From NCBI RefSeq assembly GCF_009914755.1, contig NC_060929.1: 64,000 bases of DNA. One strand, written 5' to 3'. Of this stretch, positions 44,801 to 59,880 are shown piece after piece. A program made the position numbers and the translations under genes. The notes under the pieces are model-generated. The model was not told the origin of the DNA and did not search any database. It worked only from the letters and a program-made list of their open reading frames with translations. The stretch's first letter is position 1; each line of letters opens with the position of its first letter. The DNA is from the human T2T-CHM13v2.0 reference genome, Homo sapiens.

Positions 44801-45139
44801 CAAGAACCCAACTTTTAGATCTAGAGTGATGTCAGCATGACATTGATTTCCTGAGGCCCAGGGGTGAAGGAGCTGAGGACAGCAGAGGGGTGAAGGAAGT
44901 CAGCTACAGACAGCAGCAGCTGATGCACAGGCCTCCCAGCGCCTGAAGTCACCCGGAATTGGGAAGTGCTCAGAAGCTTACAAAGCTGCCTCGAGGTGGG
45001 AACACAACATTAATCCAAGAGTAGATCCCTGATCCTATAAAAATGTACTAGATGCAGTGGGGGCATTTTAAATGAGCAGGGCAGGACAGACAGATAAACA
45101 GAAGGACAAACAGTATTGGGATTGGGATAAATGCTCAGC

Positions 45140-45672
45140 TTTTGCCCAAATCTTAGTGACTTAAGCATCACTTATTTGCTCACGATTCTGTGGCTGGACC
45201 ATTTGGTTTGGCTCACAGGGCAGGGACTGTGCTGGTCTTACCTGAGCAGACCTGCATGTCTGCGGTCAACTGGGTTGGCAGAGACAGAGTGACTGTCTTC
45301 CTCCAGGAAGCAGCAGGTTAACTGGTTGGCAGAGACAGAGGGACTGAGGGACTGTCTCCCTCCAGGAAGCAGCAGGTTAACTGGTTGGCAGAGACAGAGG
45401 GACAGAGGGACTGTCTTCCTCCAGGAAGCAGCAGGTTGGCTCTGGTTCCTTCGTGGGGCAGCTGGTCTCCAGGGCAGCAAGAGAGACCAAGCCCCCGTGC
45501 ACATTCTACAGCCTCTGTGCACATCAGACTTGTTAATATCCCATTGGCCAGTGCAAGTCACACGGCCAAGCCCAGATTAAGGAGTGGAAAGATGGACGCT
45601 ATCTCCTCCTGGGAGAGGAGGCAAAGGAGGTGAGAGCATTATGTGGCCACTTATGTTTGCAATCTACCATAC
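45140..45672 (-). mobile_element. MLT1 MaLR LTR containing a 59-bp tandem triplication
   Basis: cccaaatcttagtgacttaagc...ccattggccagtgcaagtcacacggccaagcccag...gcaatctaccat; ccaggaagcagcaggtt at 45303, 45362, 45421. Confidence 0.75.
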
Positions 45673-46732
45673 TTAGCCCTTTGAGAAAAGAATTAACTGA
45701 GAAACTTGCTTCAAATAGGGCATTCAGTAAAATGAAGCCCCAATTGAAGTAAAATGCATATATAAAAAATGAAACTGTGACCGATTTTAAGGACAGTATT
45801 GGCAAATATTTCTGTGCTCTTGGAGGAGAAGACCCTTATTGGCATGACGTGTCAGAAACCACAATGAAAGAATTATTTTAACTTGCATTCATAAAAATTA
45901 AAATTATTCATTAAAAACATCGTGAATGAAATTAAAAGTCAAAATGTAAGCCAGAAAATTATTTACAACATATGTGTCAGGAAAAGACAATACCCTTCAG
46001 ACTTTGAGAGTTTACATCAGAAAGAAAATAGCAAATGACATGATCCAAACTTGATAAAGGACATGAAAAAGAGCCAGCACTTAGTATGTTTTCTGAATGA
46101 ATAAGTAGCCAACAGCACATGAAAATGTGTGTAATCCACTTGTAAGCAGAGAAATGCAAATTAAAACAGTAAAGTGTCATTTTCACTTCCTGGATTGGCA
46201 AAGGGTTTTATGTATTTTACTGACAGTGCTCAACATTAGCAGTAAACAACAAATGGTGAGTAAATACGAGCTTCGGAACCTCAGGGAAATGATCTCCTTA
46301 TTTCAACCTGTAGATTCCTTCCTACAACCAGTGTAGAGCAGAGTACCAGGACGGGCCATTGAGCACCCTGGTGTTGAGAGCAAGTGGCCTCTAGTCAGAG
46401 TTGGGTCAGGGTCACTGTGAGTGGGCTGCCCCCAACATGAGTCAGCTGTCTAGGACTAGTTTATCTCTGCTTCTCACTTTACTGGTATTATGGGGCAGCT
46501 CCTGCTGTCTTCCAATTTGGTGTCTTCCAAATCGGCACCGTCTTTTAAAGTTGAGTTTCTTGTTATTCTCACCTGATATACCTTATTTATCCCACACCCA
46601 CCCCAATAACATATCGTGCTCAGTGTTATCTTTGAGACAACACTTGAATTTTACTCAGCCTGGCGTGCTCTTCACATGTCTTGTCTAGATCCAGTTCGGA
46701 CTCATTCTTCAGCCGTGCATCAGTAAATGGGG

Positions 46733-47100
46733 GCTAGGTTAAACTGTGGTGACAAACAACCTCCAAATTTCAGTGGCTCAAAAATCTTCTTCCTCATTTA
46801 TTTACATTTCATCATGGGTCAGGTGAGAGGTAGCTCTGTGCTGTGTCATCCTAACACAGGAATCCAGACGGAAGGAGGGACAATCAGTAAGATCCCCATT
46901 GCTATAGAAAAGAGAAAAAAGTATGCGGAATAGAACTCTGTTTCTTGGAGATTTCTCCTGAAAAAGTCACATGTTATTTCTTCTCACCTCCATTGGCAAA
47001 AAAAAAGTCACGTGGCCATGTGAAAATGTAAGTAGGCGGGATGGAACAGTCAGAATGCATTCATAAAATATGAACTGAAAATATCTGGAGAACAGCACCT
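46733..47100 (-). mobile_element. Old MLT1 (J/K-like) LTR
   Basis: ctaggttaaactgtggtgacaaacaacctccaaatttcagtggct...ccattggcaaaa...gtcacgtggcc. Confidence 0.6.
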
Positions 47101-47357
47101 ATGACTACCACGAATGCCAACATGCATCCCTAACAACCCAGTGCTGTCACCCTCCAAACTTTTTATGTCTTGCAAAGTATTAGAACTTCTTATCTGAAGC
47201 CATACCACTCAGAGGGAATGCAAAATACATATTGACATCTCCTTTAGGATGTCCTTAGAGAATTCAAGGAAAAGAAGTTAAATAATTTAAAAGTGCTTTT
47301 GGGTACAGCTATTTAGCACTAGAGGGTAAGATTAGACATAGATTGTAAAGATAATAA

Positions 47358-47532
47358 TAGGGTTAGGGATAGGATTAGGATCTGGGTCAGAGTCAGGGCC
47401 AGAAGTATGGTTAGAGGTGGGGTCATGGTCAGGGTCGAGATCAAAGTCAGGGTCAGAATTAGGGACCAGGATAGGGATCAGGATTTAGGTTCAGTGTCAA
47501 AGTCTTGGGACAGGGTTAGGGTTAGGATTAGA
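47358..47532 (+). repeat. Degenerate interstitial telomere-like tract
   Basis: Hexamer-phased tagggttagggataggattagg...tcagggtcag...cagggttagggttaggattag, same polarity as the terminal telomere. Confidence 0.8.
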
Positions 47533-48224
47533 ACCAGAGCTTTGTTCTCCTCAGGACCCACCCGAGGACGGGTCACCATGGCTTTGGAGCACCTGGTAGT
47601 GTGGCATGTCCACAGTGAAGACCAGAGTTTCATTGTCCTTAAGACTGACCTGGGGAGACGTGGCTGCAGGCCATTGAGGAAGGTGAGGAAAAACTTCCTG
47701 TCTGCTCCCCGTGTGCTGAGGAGGGAGCTCTGCCGTGGGCTTTACTTTCACATGTTATATTCCACAAGTCTTGTTTTACAAAAGCATCCCTTCCTTGAGG
47801 CTTCGGCTGCTCATCGCTGCTCATCATCATAGCGTGCCATAACATATAGTAAGATTTGGGTTTGTTTCTGGGGAGAGATCTTGGTATAGAGAAAGGAGAA
47901 ATGCTTAGAGCCACCATCAGGACAGTTGGGATGAAAGTTGGGTATAGGCAGAGGCTGGAGGAAACATGTGCATCCCCTGTAAACACTTTTATTCATGTTT
48001 TAATTACTCATTTTTCTTACAGTGTTAAATTAGTAAAGATAGTATTGAAAAATTGAAAAGTAGGCATATTAAAACCTGCAACACTATTTAAGCTTAGATA
48101 TATTATTTGTACCTCATCAACATTTTTTATTTTGTTGAGAAAGTTTAAGGTTAATTGACAGCATATTTCTAATAGTAGATAGAATAACATCCCTTTTATA
48201 AACATTGACATCCTACATTACATG

Positions 48225-48670
48225 TGTGAACCCTGAAAATCTGAGACAGCTCTCAGATTTTTTAGAAAGTTTATTTTGCCAATCTTGAGGATGTGCACCT
48301 GTGATGCCTCCTCAGGAGATCCTGACAACATGGGCCCAAGGTGGTCGGGGCACAGCTTGGTTTTATACACTTTAGGGAGACACGAGAGATCAATCAATAT
48401 GTGTAAGATGTACATTGGTTCAGTCCAGAAAGGTGAGAAGGCCAGACAGGGGGCTTCCAGGTCACAGGTAGGTAAGAGACAAATGGTTTCATTCTTTTGC
48501 ATTGCTGATTACCCTCTCCACGTGAGGCAATCAGGTATGCATTTATCTCGGTGATCAGATGGGTGTCTTTGGATAGAATGGGAGGCGGGTTTGCCCTAGG
48601 CAGTTCCCAGCTTGACTTTTCCCTTTAGCTTAGTGATTTTGAGTCCCCAAGATTTATTTTCCCTTCGTAA
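48225..48670 (-). mobile_element. MER4A-like ERV1 solo LTR
   Basis: tgtgaaccctgaaaatctgagacag...cccaaggtggtcggggcacagcttggttttatac...cagttcccagcttgacttttccctttagcttagtg. Confidence 0.8.
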
Positions 48671-49589
48671 GTGTTCCTATGAGTATTAATTATTCATTGT
48701 GTCTTTTATTACACAAATAAGGCACAGATTTTTAAGAAATCATCAACTTCATGGCTACCTATATAGACATAATTACATAGAAGCTCAACTAAATTTGCAA
48801 ACATTCCAGAGTTTGGGTTTCCAATAATTCTTTGTGATTCTTTAAAAGGTAAAGTATTTTTTCCCATAAAACATAGCAACATTTAAAATCAACCGTAGAA
48901 TGTCCTGCCATTTTTGTTTCTCTAGTTTCCTCATTTTCTGCAAAGCCTCACTGAGGAAATTGACTTTGAATATCCTTTTAGACTCTTGTTTTAGAAAGCA
49001 TTGTGGTAAAACATTGAATCATCGTGGTCACAAGTTCTGTTCACATTCTTTCTTTCTTTGAATATTTTTTCCCAGTGGCCAATATTTGATTCTGTTGTAT
49101 CATGGCTAAAAGGTAGGCATGGCAACAAAATAAAGACAAGAAGTCTTTGGAATAATTGATCCCATCACAATGAATCAATTTGCCATTGGAACATGTTTTT
49201 ACAAAGTCACTCTTTTGAAAATATTCAGCTATGACTTGAAACAGAGTCTGTATGGTTAATATTTTTCCTGGTCTAAGATGAACAGCATTTTAGAGAATGA
49301 ACCCAGGACACAACCACAGCACAAGAAAAACATGTGATAATTAAGTTTACACATGTGTGTTACTACAGTAACAGAAAACATGTAAAGAACATTTGATTTA
49401 TGTATCAGTCTGCACTGTTTAATTTTTTGTGTCATAATTGCTCTTATTTTAAAAAACAGGACTAGTTAACAGTGTCAATTACTAGTAATTCATGGTATAA
49501 ATAATTAAACAAGGAAGTGTTAAAAAAAGTGTTTTAAATAAAGTTTTATTTTACGTCTTTTTTTTACTTACACAGAAATCGTCAAAAAA

Positions 49590-51750
49590 AAAAAGAGATT
49601 TCCCATGTAGCCGCAACCTAGTTTCCTCTCTTATTAACATCTTCTATCAGTGTGTCTCACATGGCTTATTAATATCTTACATAATTTGCCGCAGTTAATG
49701 AACCAATACTGATAGACTGTTATTAACTAAAGTTCATATTTCATTTGGATTCCCTTAGTTCTATCTTACTCTGACCCAGGATCCCATCCAGGATCCCACA
49801 CGACATGTAGTCATCACATAGGCTCTTCCTGGCTGTGACAGTGTGTTAGGCTTTCCATCTCATGATGACCTTCATAGCACTGAGGAGGATTGGTCAGGAT
49901 TTTTGTAGAATGTCCCCCATTGTCACTTCATGTTCTCAAGGTGAACTGTCAGCTTTGGTGTTCACTTGGATCATTTGGCAGAGCTACTGTTTGTCAGATT
50001 TCTCCACTGTGAAGTTATTTTTCCTCCTTGTCCATACTGCATGTGTTCTTTTGGAGCAAGTCACTATGCAGAGCCCACACTTACGGAGTGAGGAGTTGGC
50101 TCCACCTTCTTGATGGCTGAGTGTCTACATCAGTTATTTGGAATTCTTTTGCAAAGGAGATTTCTATGCAACTCCATTTGCTTATTCACCTAGGTATACA
50201 AATACAGACACCTAGATAATTACTTTAAGCTTTAGTTATTATTCGACACTATAGCATTATGTTGCACAATTCCTTCCTGTGTTGGCCATCGGTAGCTGTT
50301 TTTATTGGCTTTTATTTTTGTTTGATATATTTTAATTTTTTTAGTACTTACTTTCTGATACTTCCAGATTATCCTGGCTCCTATATTTACTGTCCCAGTT
50401 CTAGTATCAGACATTTCTTCAAAGAGCCTGATTCCTTTCAGAATGGTGGGAAAACTTACATGTGGCTGCTGAATGCACATTGTATCTTGTCCCTCATTAG
50501 CAATGCTAGGAAGCATATGTGCGTGTCTAACCTACCTACACACACCTAATTATAAAGTTTTCTATGTAGAACTGTGTGTATCTATATTAAACTAAGCATA
50601 AGTTTACGTTGATGTCTCCACCTCTGATCTACTATCACAGGAATCATTCTAGCCTTCTCGTCTTGCTAATTTGTAACCTCCCACTTCAACAGTGAGAAAG
50701 CTGGTTCCCACCATCTGCGACTTATGTAAGTCATTGTTTTACTCCAGATACAGACACTGTGGTTTTACAATTGTTCACAATTGCTTCTGTTGGAAAGAAC
50801 TTTATAAAATGGAATCCAATAATGAAGTATAGTTCACGTGCCTTCAGCCTACAGATTCTATTCATTTTCAAAGTTTTTACCTAGATTTGTGTCTTAGTCC
50901 ATTTTGTGCTTCTGTAACAGAATACCTGAGGCTGCGTAATTTATAAGTAAAACAGTTTCATTTGGTTCACAATACTGGTAGCTGGAATGTCCGAGATTGG
51001 GCAGTTGCATCTGGCGGGGCCTCAGTCTTTTTCACCTCATGGTGGAAAGTGGAAGGGGAGCAAGGGGTGCACCAGAGATCACATAGCAGAAGTGAAAGCA
51101 AGAGGGAAGCCAAGGAAGCCAGACTCTTTTTAATTACCTACTCCTGCAGGAATTATCTATTCCTGTGAGAACAGAACTCACTCACCCCCATGGAGGACAT
51201 TAATCTATTCATGAGGGATCCGTCCCCACGACCCAAACACCGTCCACTAGGCCCCACCGCCCCACACTGACACAGTGGGAGTCAAATTTCAACATGAGTT
51301 TTTGTGGGGACAAACCACATCCAAACCATCGTAATTTATAGCATAAATTCTTTTTCACATGATGTATTCTGTCCTGGGATACTCCACATCCTGAGTAATT
51401 TGATTTAATTTGAATAGAGTTTGCTTTAACCATTTGGCTGTAAAATTCTGCATATTTCGACAAATGCATTGTGGCAGATATCCCACTATTAAAGTATCAT
51501 ATGGAATGCCTCAAACCCCCACCCCATGGAGCCAATGGCTTCCCATCTGTGTAGTTTGCCTTCCCCAGTGTCTCATTAAATGAGGTCACACTGTGTGTAT
51601 CCTCCTCAGACTGTCTTCTTCCACTTAGCAATGTGCATGCAAGATTCACTCATGTCTTTGTGTGTGTTGATATCTTGTTCCTTTCTATGGCTAAATAGTA
51701 TTCCATTACATGAATGTAGCACAATTTGGTTATGCATTTTGGGGAGTAGA
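49590..51750 (-). mobile_element. Old L1MC-like 3' region (antisense), interrupted by an MST LTR
   Basis: taatgaaccaatactgata...ttattaactaaag; caggatcccatccaggat; cttccacttagcaatgtgcatgcaagattcactcatgtc. Confidence 0.7.
50888..51332 (-). mobile_element. MST-family MaLR LTR
   Basis: tgtcttagtccattttgtgcttctgtaacagaatacctgaggctg...acaaaccacatccaaaccat. Confidence 0.8.
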
Positions 51751-51978
51751 ACCTTCCTCTTCTAACTTTGTTCCAGGGTTGGAGACCTTCAAATTAACTG
51801 ACAATAGATACATTAGTAGGAGAGACAATACTTGGCTTCTTGTTCCCCAAGTATCATTGTGGGACAAAATTCATCAGATGGCAGGATCCAGTTTACAAAG
51901 AGGTAAAAATAGCCCAGAAACAAGAAACAAGACTAGAATCTGATAACTCTCAATGGCTATAGTTTTCCTTTAAAAAAA

Positions 51979-52165
51979 TTTTTTTTGAGACAGGGTCTGG
52001 CTCTGTCGCCCAGGCTGGAGTGCAAAGGTGCAATCTCAGCTCACTGCAACCTCTACCTCCTGGGTGCAAACGATCCTCCCTCCTCAGCCTCCTGATTACC
52101 TGGGACTACAGGCACATGCCGTCATGCCCATCTAATTTTTGTATTTTTGGTAGAGACGGGGTTTC
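51979..52165 (-). mobile_element. Truncated Alu
   Basis: ttttgagacagggtctggctctgtcgcccagg...gtagagacggggtttc. Confidence 0.88.
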
Positions 52166-52200
52166 TACCAAAATATTCGATTTTTTCTGTGGCAGACAAC

Positions 52201-52501
<301 letters not shown>

Positions 52502-53237
52502 ACAACATTTAAAGTAATAATTGGAATTATGACTCATTACTCTATAGTGGCACATAGCATGGATAAGGAGGACATTGACAAACTTCCAGGAATTTTATAT
52601 AATTTCTGAAAACATAACATTTTACCCATACAAATATAACACAGGGAAGGTTAGGTATCTCTTTTTATTTGTATCTTCTGTATGGTTTTCCTTATAAAAA
52701 ATGCAACCTACTTTACTTGCGAAACATGCCCTACTTTTCTTGCATGCTTTGCATAGAGTTGTTTCTAGTTATTCTATTATTTCTAGTAGTTTTATTTACA
52801 TATATTGATTATAATTTTAATACTTAGTAATCTTTTATTTTCCAGAGAAAACTAGGAAGTAGACAGTTATAAACTGTCATATATTAGCATTCTATAGTAG
52901 GTTAGAAAATGTATGAATATACCATCTCCCAACATCTAGAGGGATGTGTTTCCTCATAATACAATTCCTCAGTGTGGCAGAAAAAAACATGTTTATTAAC
53001 GGGCCAAAATATCTTTAGTCTCTCTGTAAAAACAGGAAGCCAAAAGTATATAAACTTGAATTATTTATGTTCAGTAATTAATGTTTTAGTATTGTATCTT
53101 ATTTATAAATGGTCTAGATATTTAATGCAAATCTTTTACTTAGCTTAACTTTAAGGTTAAAAATTACCAAAAGTACTTTGGAAACTATTCTTAGGCAGAT
53201 TTACTGTAGACAAATTATTTTTGAAATAATGTTTTTC

Positions 53238-53769
<532 letters not shown>

Positions 53770-54222
53770 AAATAATGTTTTTCATAAGAATGACAACTTA
53801 ATTAGAATCAAATCTATAAGCTTTAAGATTTTACATTTCTAGTAAGTATAATATTAGCTTATTTGACTAGAACTCAAGCAGAATAGGAATTTATGCTTGT
53901 TTTATATTCAATAATGATAATTTTGAAGATATAGTTGTTTTATTACACCAAAAATACTATATTAATCTTATTTAACTAAGTTTTATCCAAATCATGTTAA
54001 CTTAAGAAACATTTGATCAGTTCCTATATTTCTAGGAGTTTGGTGAATATTTATTTATAAATGCTTATTTTTTTCCAAGCCAAGTTAGAATAGAGCACTT
54101 TTAGAGGATTTCATAAATGAATTTTGCAATGCTCTCTGGAGTTAAGAAAATATCACATATACATAACATACATTAATAGATATACAAACACAAATAGAGA
54201 TTTCATAGCTTTCATCCTGAAA

Positions 54223-55435
54223 TTTCAGCCTTGAATCAGGCATAAATATTCTGATGGTTAATTTCAGACATCTACTTGATCCGACTGAGAGACACACATA
54301 GCTGGTCAAACACGATTTCAGCCATGAATCAGGCATAAATATTCTGACGGTTAATTGTAGACATCTACTTGACTGGATTAAGAGACACACATAGCTGGTC
54401 AAACAAGATTTCAGCCATGAATCAGGCATAAATATTCTGATGGTTAATTGTAGACATCTACTTGACTGGATTAAGAGACACACATAGCTGGTCTAACACG
54501 ATTTCAGCCATGAATCAGGCATAAATATTCTGATGGTTAACTTTAGACATCTACTTGATTGGATTGAGAGACACACATAGCTGGTCAAACACGATTTCAG
54601 CCATGAATCAGGCATAAATATTCTGATGGTTAATTGTAGACATCTACTTGACTGGATTGAGAGACACACATAGCTGGTCAAACACGATTTCAGCCATGAA
54701 TCAGGCATAAATATTCTGATGGTTAATTTTAGACATCTACTTGACTGGATTAAGGGACACACACAGCTGGTCAAACACAATTTCAGCCATGAATCAGGCA
54801 TAAATATTCTGACAGTTAATTTTAGACATCTACTTGACTGGATTAAGAGACACACATAGCTGGTCAAACACGATTTCAGCCGTGAAGCAGGCATAAATAT
54901 TCTGATGGTTAATTGTAGACATCTACTTGACTGGATTGAGAGACACACATAGCTGGTCAAACACGATTTCAGCCATGAATCAGGCGTAAATATTCTGATG
55001 GTTAATTGTAGACATCTACTTGAGTGGATTGAGAGACACACATAGCTGGTCAAACACAATTTCAGCCATGAATCAGGCATAAATATTCTGATGGTTAATT
55101 TTAGACATCTACTTGACTGGATTAAGAGACACACATAGCTGGTCAAACACGATTTCAGCCATGAAGCAGGCATAAATATTCTGATGGTTAATTGTAGACA
55201 TCTACTTGACTGGATTAAGAGACACACATAGCTGGTCAAACACGATTTCAGCCATGAATCAGGCATAAATATTCTGATGGTTAACTTTAGGCATCTACTT
55301 GATTGGATTGAGAGACACACATAGCTGATCAAACACAATTTCAGCCATGAATCAGGCATAAATATTCTGACAGTTAATTTTAGACATCTACTTGAGTGGA
55401 TTAAGAGACACACATAGCTGGTCAAACACGATTTC
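54223..55435. repeat. VNTR, 93-bp unit x13
   Basis: tttcagcc at 54223, 54316...; 31-aa periodicity in ORF 54493-55488. Confidence 0.95.
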
Positions 55436-56215
55436 TGGGCATATCTATGAGGGTGTTTCTGGAAGACACTGAGATAACCATGACCCAATGTGGATGGGCA
55501 CTGATATGGTTTGGCTGTGTCCCCACCCAGATCTCATCTTGAATTGTAGTTCCTGTAATACCTACATGTCGTGGGAGGGACCCAGTGGGAGGTGACTGAA
55601 TCATGGTGGTGGTTACCGCCATGCTGTTCTCATGACAGTGAGTGAGTTCTCATGATCTGATGGTTTTATAAGGGGCTTTTCCCCTTTGGCTCAGCACTTC
55701 TTGTTGCTGCCATGTGAAGAGGGATAGCTTTGCTTCCCCTTCTGCCATGATTGTGAGGCCCCTGCAGCCATGTGGAACTGTCAGCCCATTAAACCCCTTT
55801 GTTCTTTATAAATTGCTCAGACTCAGGTATTTCTTCATAGCTGTATAAAAATGGATGAATACAGGCACCATCCAATTGGTTGAGAGCCCAGATAGAATAA
55901 CAAGGAAGAGGAAAGGTGAATTATCTCCTTCTGAAATGGAAACATCCTTCTTCTCCTGCCCTTGACATCAGAACTTCAGGGTCTCAGACCTTTGGCCTCA
56001 CAATCAGAGTTACACCATTGGCTTCCCTGATTCTGAGTCCTTTGTATCTGGAGTGAGCCATGCTACCAGCTTTCCTGGTTCTCCAACTTGGAGACAGGCT
56101 ATTGTGGAACTTCTCAGCCTCCATAATTATGTGAACCAGTTCCCCTAATGAATCTTCTCTCATCTATCTACATATATCCTATTGATTCTGCCTTTCTGGA
56201 GACCCCTGCCTAATG
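55367..56215 (+). mobile_element. MLT2 (ERVL) LTR, interrupted by THE1
   Basis: gttaattttagacatctacttga...atttctgggcatatctatgagggtgtttctggaaga; ends tatcctattgattctgcctttctggagacccctgcctaat. Confidence 0.75.
55502..55863 (+). mobile_element. THE1 (THE1D-like) MaLR solo LTR
   Basis: tgatatggtttggctgtgtccccaccc...aaaatggatgaataca; 5-bp TSD ggcac at 55497-55501 and 55864-55868. Confidence 0.9.
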
Positions 56216-57297
56216 TGATTACAATAACTACAAAATTCACTACTTTATATAGAAGACTTGGTTTTTGTCTTTGCCCCATTTTATATTTGTATTATAACTA
56301 TGTATCTGGAAAATGGAACAAGTTTTTTCTTCTTCATATGAGGGCTAAGGCTTTTTTCTCACCAATATTTTTGGAGATTTTAAAGATTTTCTTTTTTTTT
56401 GACATAGAATCTTATGGAGGCTGAGAAATAATTTTTTTTCTATTTTATTCTTCAGCCCCAGGTGTTTGCTTTTGCAGATTCTTGAGCACATTGAGAGCTT
56501 CCAAGGCATGGAGTGGGGTGCCTGAAGTTTCAGTGATTATAGGGAGTTGAGAGACTCAACTGGGAAAGGAAAGGTCTAAAAGGAGGCAATTTGGAAAATA
56601 AAAATTTTCTCAAAGGAGCCATTAAAGTTGTAAATAATTCTTAGTAAAGTCATGCAAACAGGAAAAGAAGTAGAATTAGTTCCATATTGGTGGAACACAT
56701 AGTCAGCAGAGGTTGGAGAAGGGAGAATTTAGTGAACTGAGAAGTTCCCATGAAAGCAGCAAGATCAAGATCACAGAGACACCTTGAAACAAAAAGCCAG
56801 GAATAACTTCCAACCCAAGAGGAGAACAGAGAGGCCTCAAAACCAAAGCTAGGATAAGAAACTTGTAGCCCAAGAGTTATCTTCCAGACAAAGAAGCCTG
56901 AGATTCCAACGCAGCTTCAGAGAGTACTCACTCAAAATGTTACTGAAACTGTAGGCTTTTTAATGACTTAGCCATGCCTGCAAAAGGCATTCCCTAAGGT
57001 GGCACAGAAGACGGAGCCCCCATATCCAAAGATAGCCAAGGAGAAAGAAAGACCCCTGTTGCCAGAGCCAGTGGGCAAAGGCAACAGAAAAGGAGACAAG
57101 GGTCCTAATGGGGTGAGATCCTTTCGGATTTAGGCTTTTACAAACTCCTGAGAACTGGCAGGTTGACAGCCATAAATGGGGTACCAAACTTTCTACTCAT
57201 TGGATTACAAGTTCTCAGGCATCCAGAATGATTAACAAAATGACAATTTCTAGGGCTTCTGTGGGAGAGTATGGAAAGGTCTTTTTGAACCTTTTAA

Positions 57298-58301
<1,004 letters not shown>

Positions 58302-58749
58302 ATGCTAATGCGAAAGAGTACGCTGTCTTCATGGCAGCTGAATTTGCAAGAAACTCCTTGGATGGGGTTAATGGCAGCTGTATTTTACTGGGAGCTCTGC
58401 TTTAATTGGATAAAGTAAGTTCTGGTAAGATTTCTTCTTCTTCAGTATCTCAAATGTTTTCATTTAAATAATCTTTATAACAACTTTTGATGTCTGAGTG
58501 GAGTCCCACACAGTCATCTATTGTAAGACTTTCTGATTCCTTTTTTTTCCTTTGGTCATTATGAATAGGGCTTCTGTAAATAACTGCATGGTAGCTTTTG
58601 ATGGGAAATAACATCAAAGTAGTTGTCAAAATACTTAGGAATGTTATTTTTGGATTGTAAGGTGAGACTTGTTTAGCTTTGGAAAAAAATGCCCAACTTG
58701 TAATAGGGGAGGAAAAATAATTTTCTGTTTTTGGAATTCTTAGATGGAA

Positions 58750-59230
58750 CGCTCTGTAAAAAGTGACAGATTAAAATGAGAAAAACAGAAAAGTTTAAAA
58801 ACATGTATATCTTATGGTTACATGGGATATACTCAGGGAAAAATGAGTAAATCTCCAACAGGTGGCTTTCAATTCAAGCATAAATACTATCTTCAACTTA
58901 AAGAAAGAAGATTTGAGGTGCAGTAGTGGGAAGTTAACCAGCAAAAGCACATTAGACAGAGGTAAGGTTCATTATACAGAGTTAAGTCCATGCATTCTCC
59001 ATTGATAAGACTCTTCAGTGATTTAGTTATCCTTCTCTTCTTGGTGTCGAGAGAGGTAGCTTTTAAATGGTGATTTCCTTTATAGGTGTAAATTTTCCTT
59101 ACACAAGTAACTTTTACTCTGTTTTCACAACTTCCTTTGTTAGCATTTTTTTTTTCAAAATAATTAGCTTGGAATAATTTTTAAGCCAAAGGGACATATT
59201 TTGGGGTTGCATATTCTGGTTTCCTACCAT
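58750..59230 (-). mobile_element. MER34-like ERV1 LTR fragment
   Basis: Minus strand GTAGGAAACCAGAATATGCAACCCCAAAATATGTCCCTTTGGC; left boundary uncertain. Confidence 0.5.
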
Positions 59231-59379
59231 TATATTTTGGGGTGGCATAGTTTGGTCTTATACACTGTGTTCTACTGGCAATGAAAAGAGTTCTTGTTTT
59301 TCCTCCAGCAATTTGTCATTTGTTAAAGAGCTTAGCAGTTCTAAGAGATATAGACCAGCTGTGCTATCTTTTTGTGGTT

Positions 59380-59880
59380 TTCAGTTCTCTAGTATGTTGA
59401 GCATCTTTTTGTAGGTGTACTTGCCATCTGTAGATCTTCTTTGATGAGGCGTCTGTTCAGATCTGTGTGCATTTTTAATTGGGCTGTTTAACTTATTGTT
59501 TAGTTTTAACAATTTTTTATATATTTTGAATACAAATTCTCAGATCTGTATTTTGCAAATATTTTCTTCAATATGTGGCTTGTCTTTTTGTTCTCTTAAC
59601 AAGGTCTCTTCCAGAGTATAAACTGTAAATATTAAGAAATCCACATTGTCATTTCTTCTGTGTATATCAACCTTCTGTGTCATTTGTTAAAATTCATTAC
59701 CAAACGCAAAGGCACATAGCTTTTCCTCTATAGTTTCTTCTAGAAATTGTATAGTTTTGCATTTTTAGTGTAATGATGATTTTGAGTGATTATTTGTGTA
59801 AGTTGTAAAGTTTTCGTCTACATGCATATCATTTCTTATGGTTTCCAATTAATCATTCCCTCACTATTTTTGGGAAAGAC
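59380..59880 (-). mobile_element. Old L1M fragment
   Basis: atgttgagcatctttt...ttggcc-like and ttgcaaatattttcttc...ttgtatagttttgcattt antisense L1 motifs. Confidence 0.6.

Noticed and set aside
46401-46688. 95-aa ORF with signal-peptide-like hydrophobic N-terminus
   Set aside because: No recognisable homology or coding support; short ORFs like this occur by chance.
54142-55488. 331-aa repeat ORF that looks like an LRR-type repeat protein
   Set aside because: 31-aa period is simply the 93-bp MLT2-derived VNTR.
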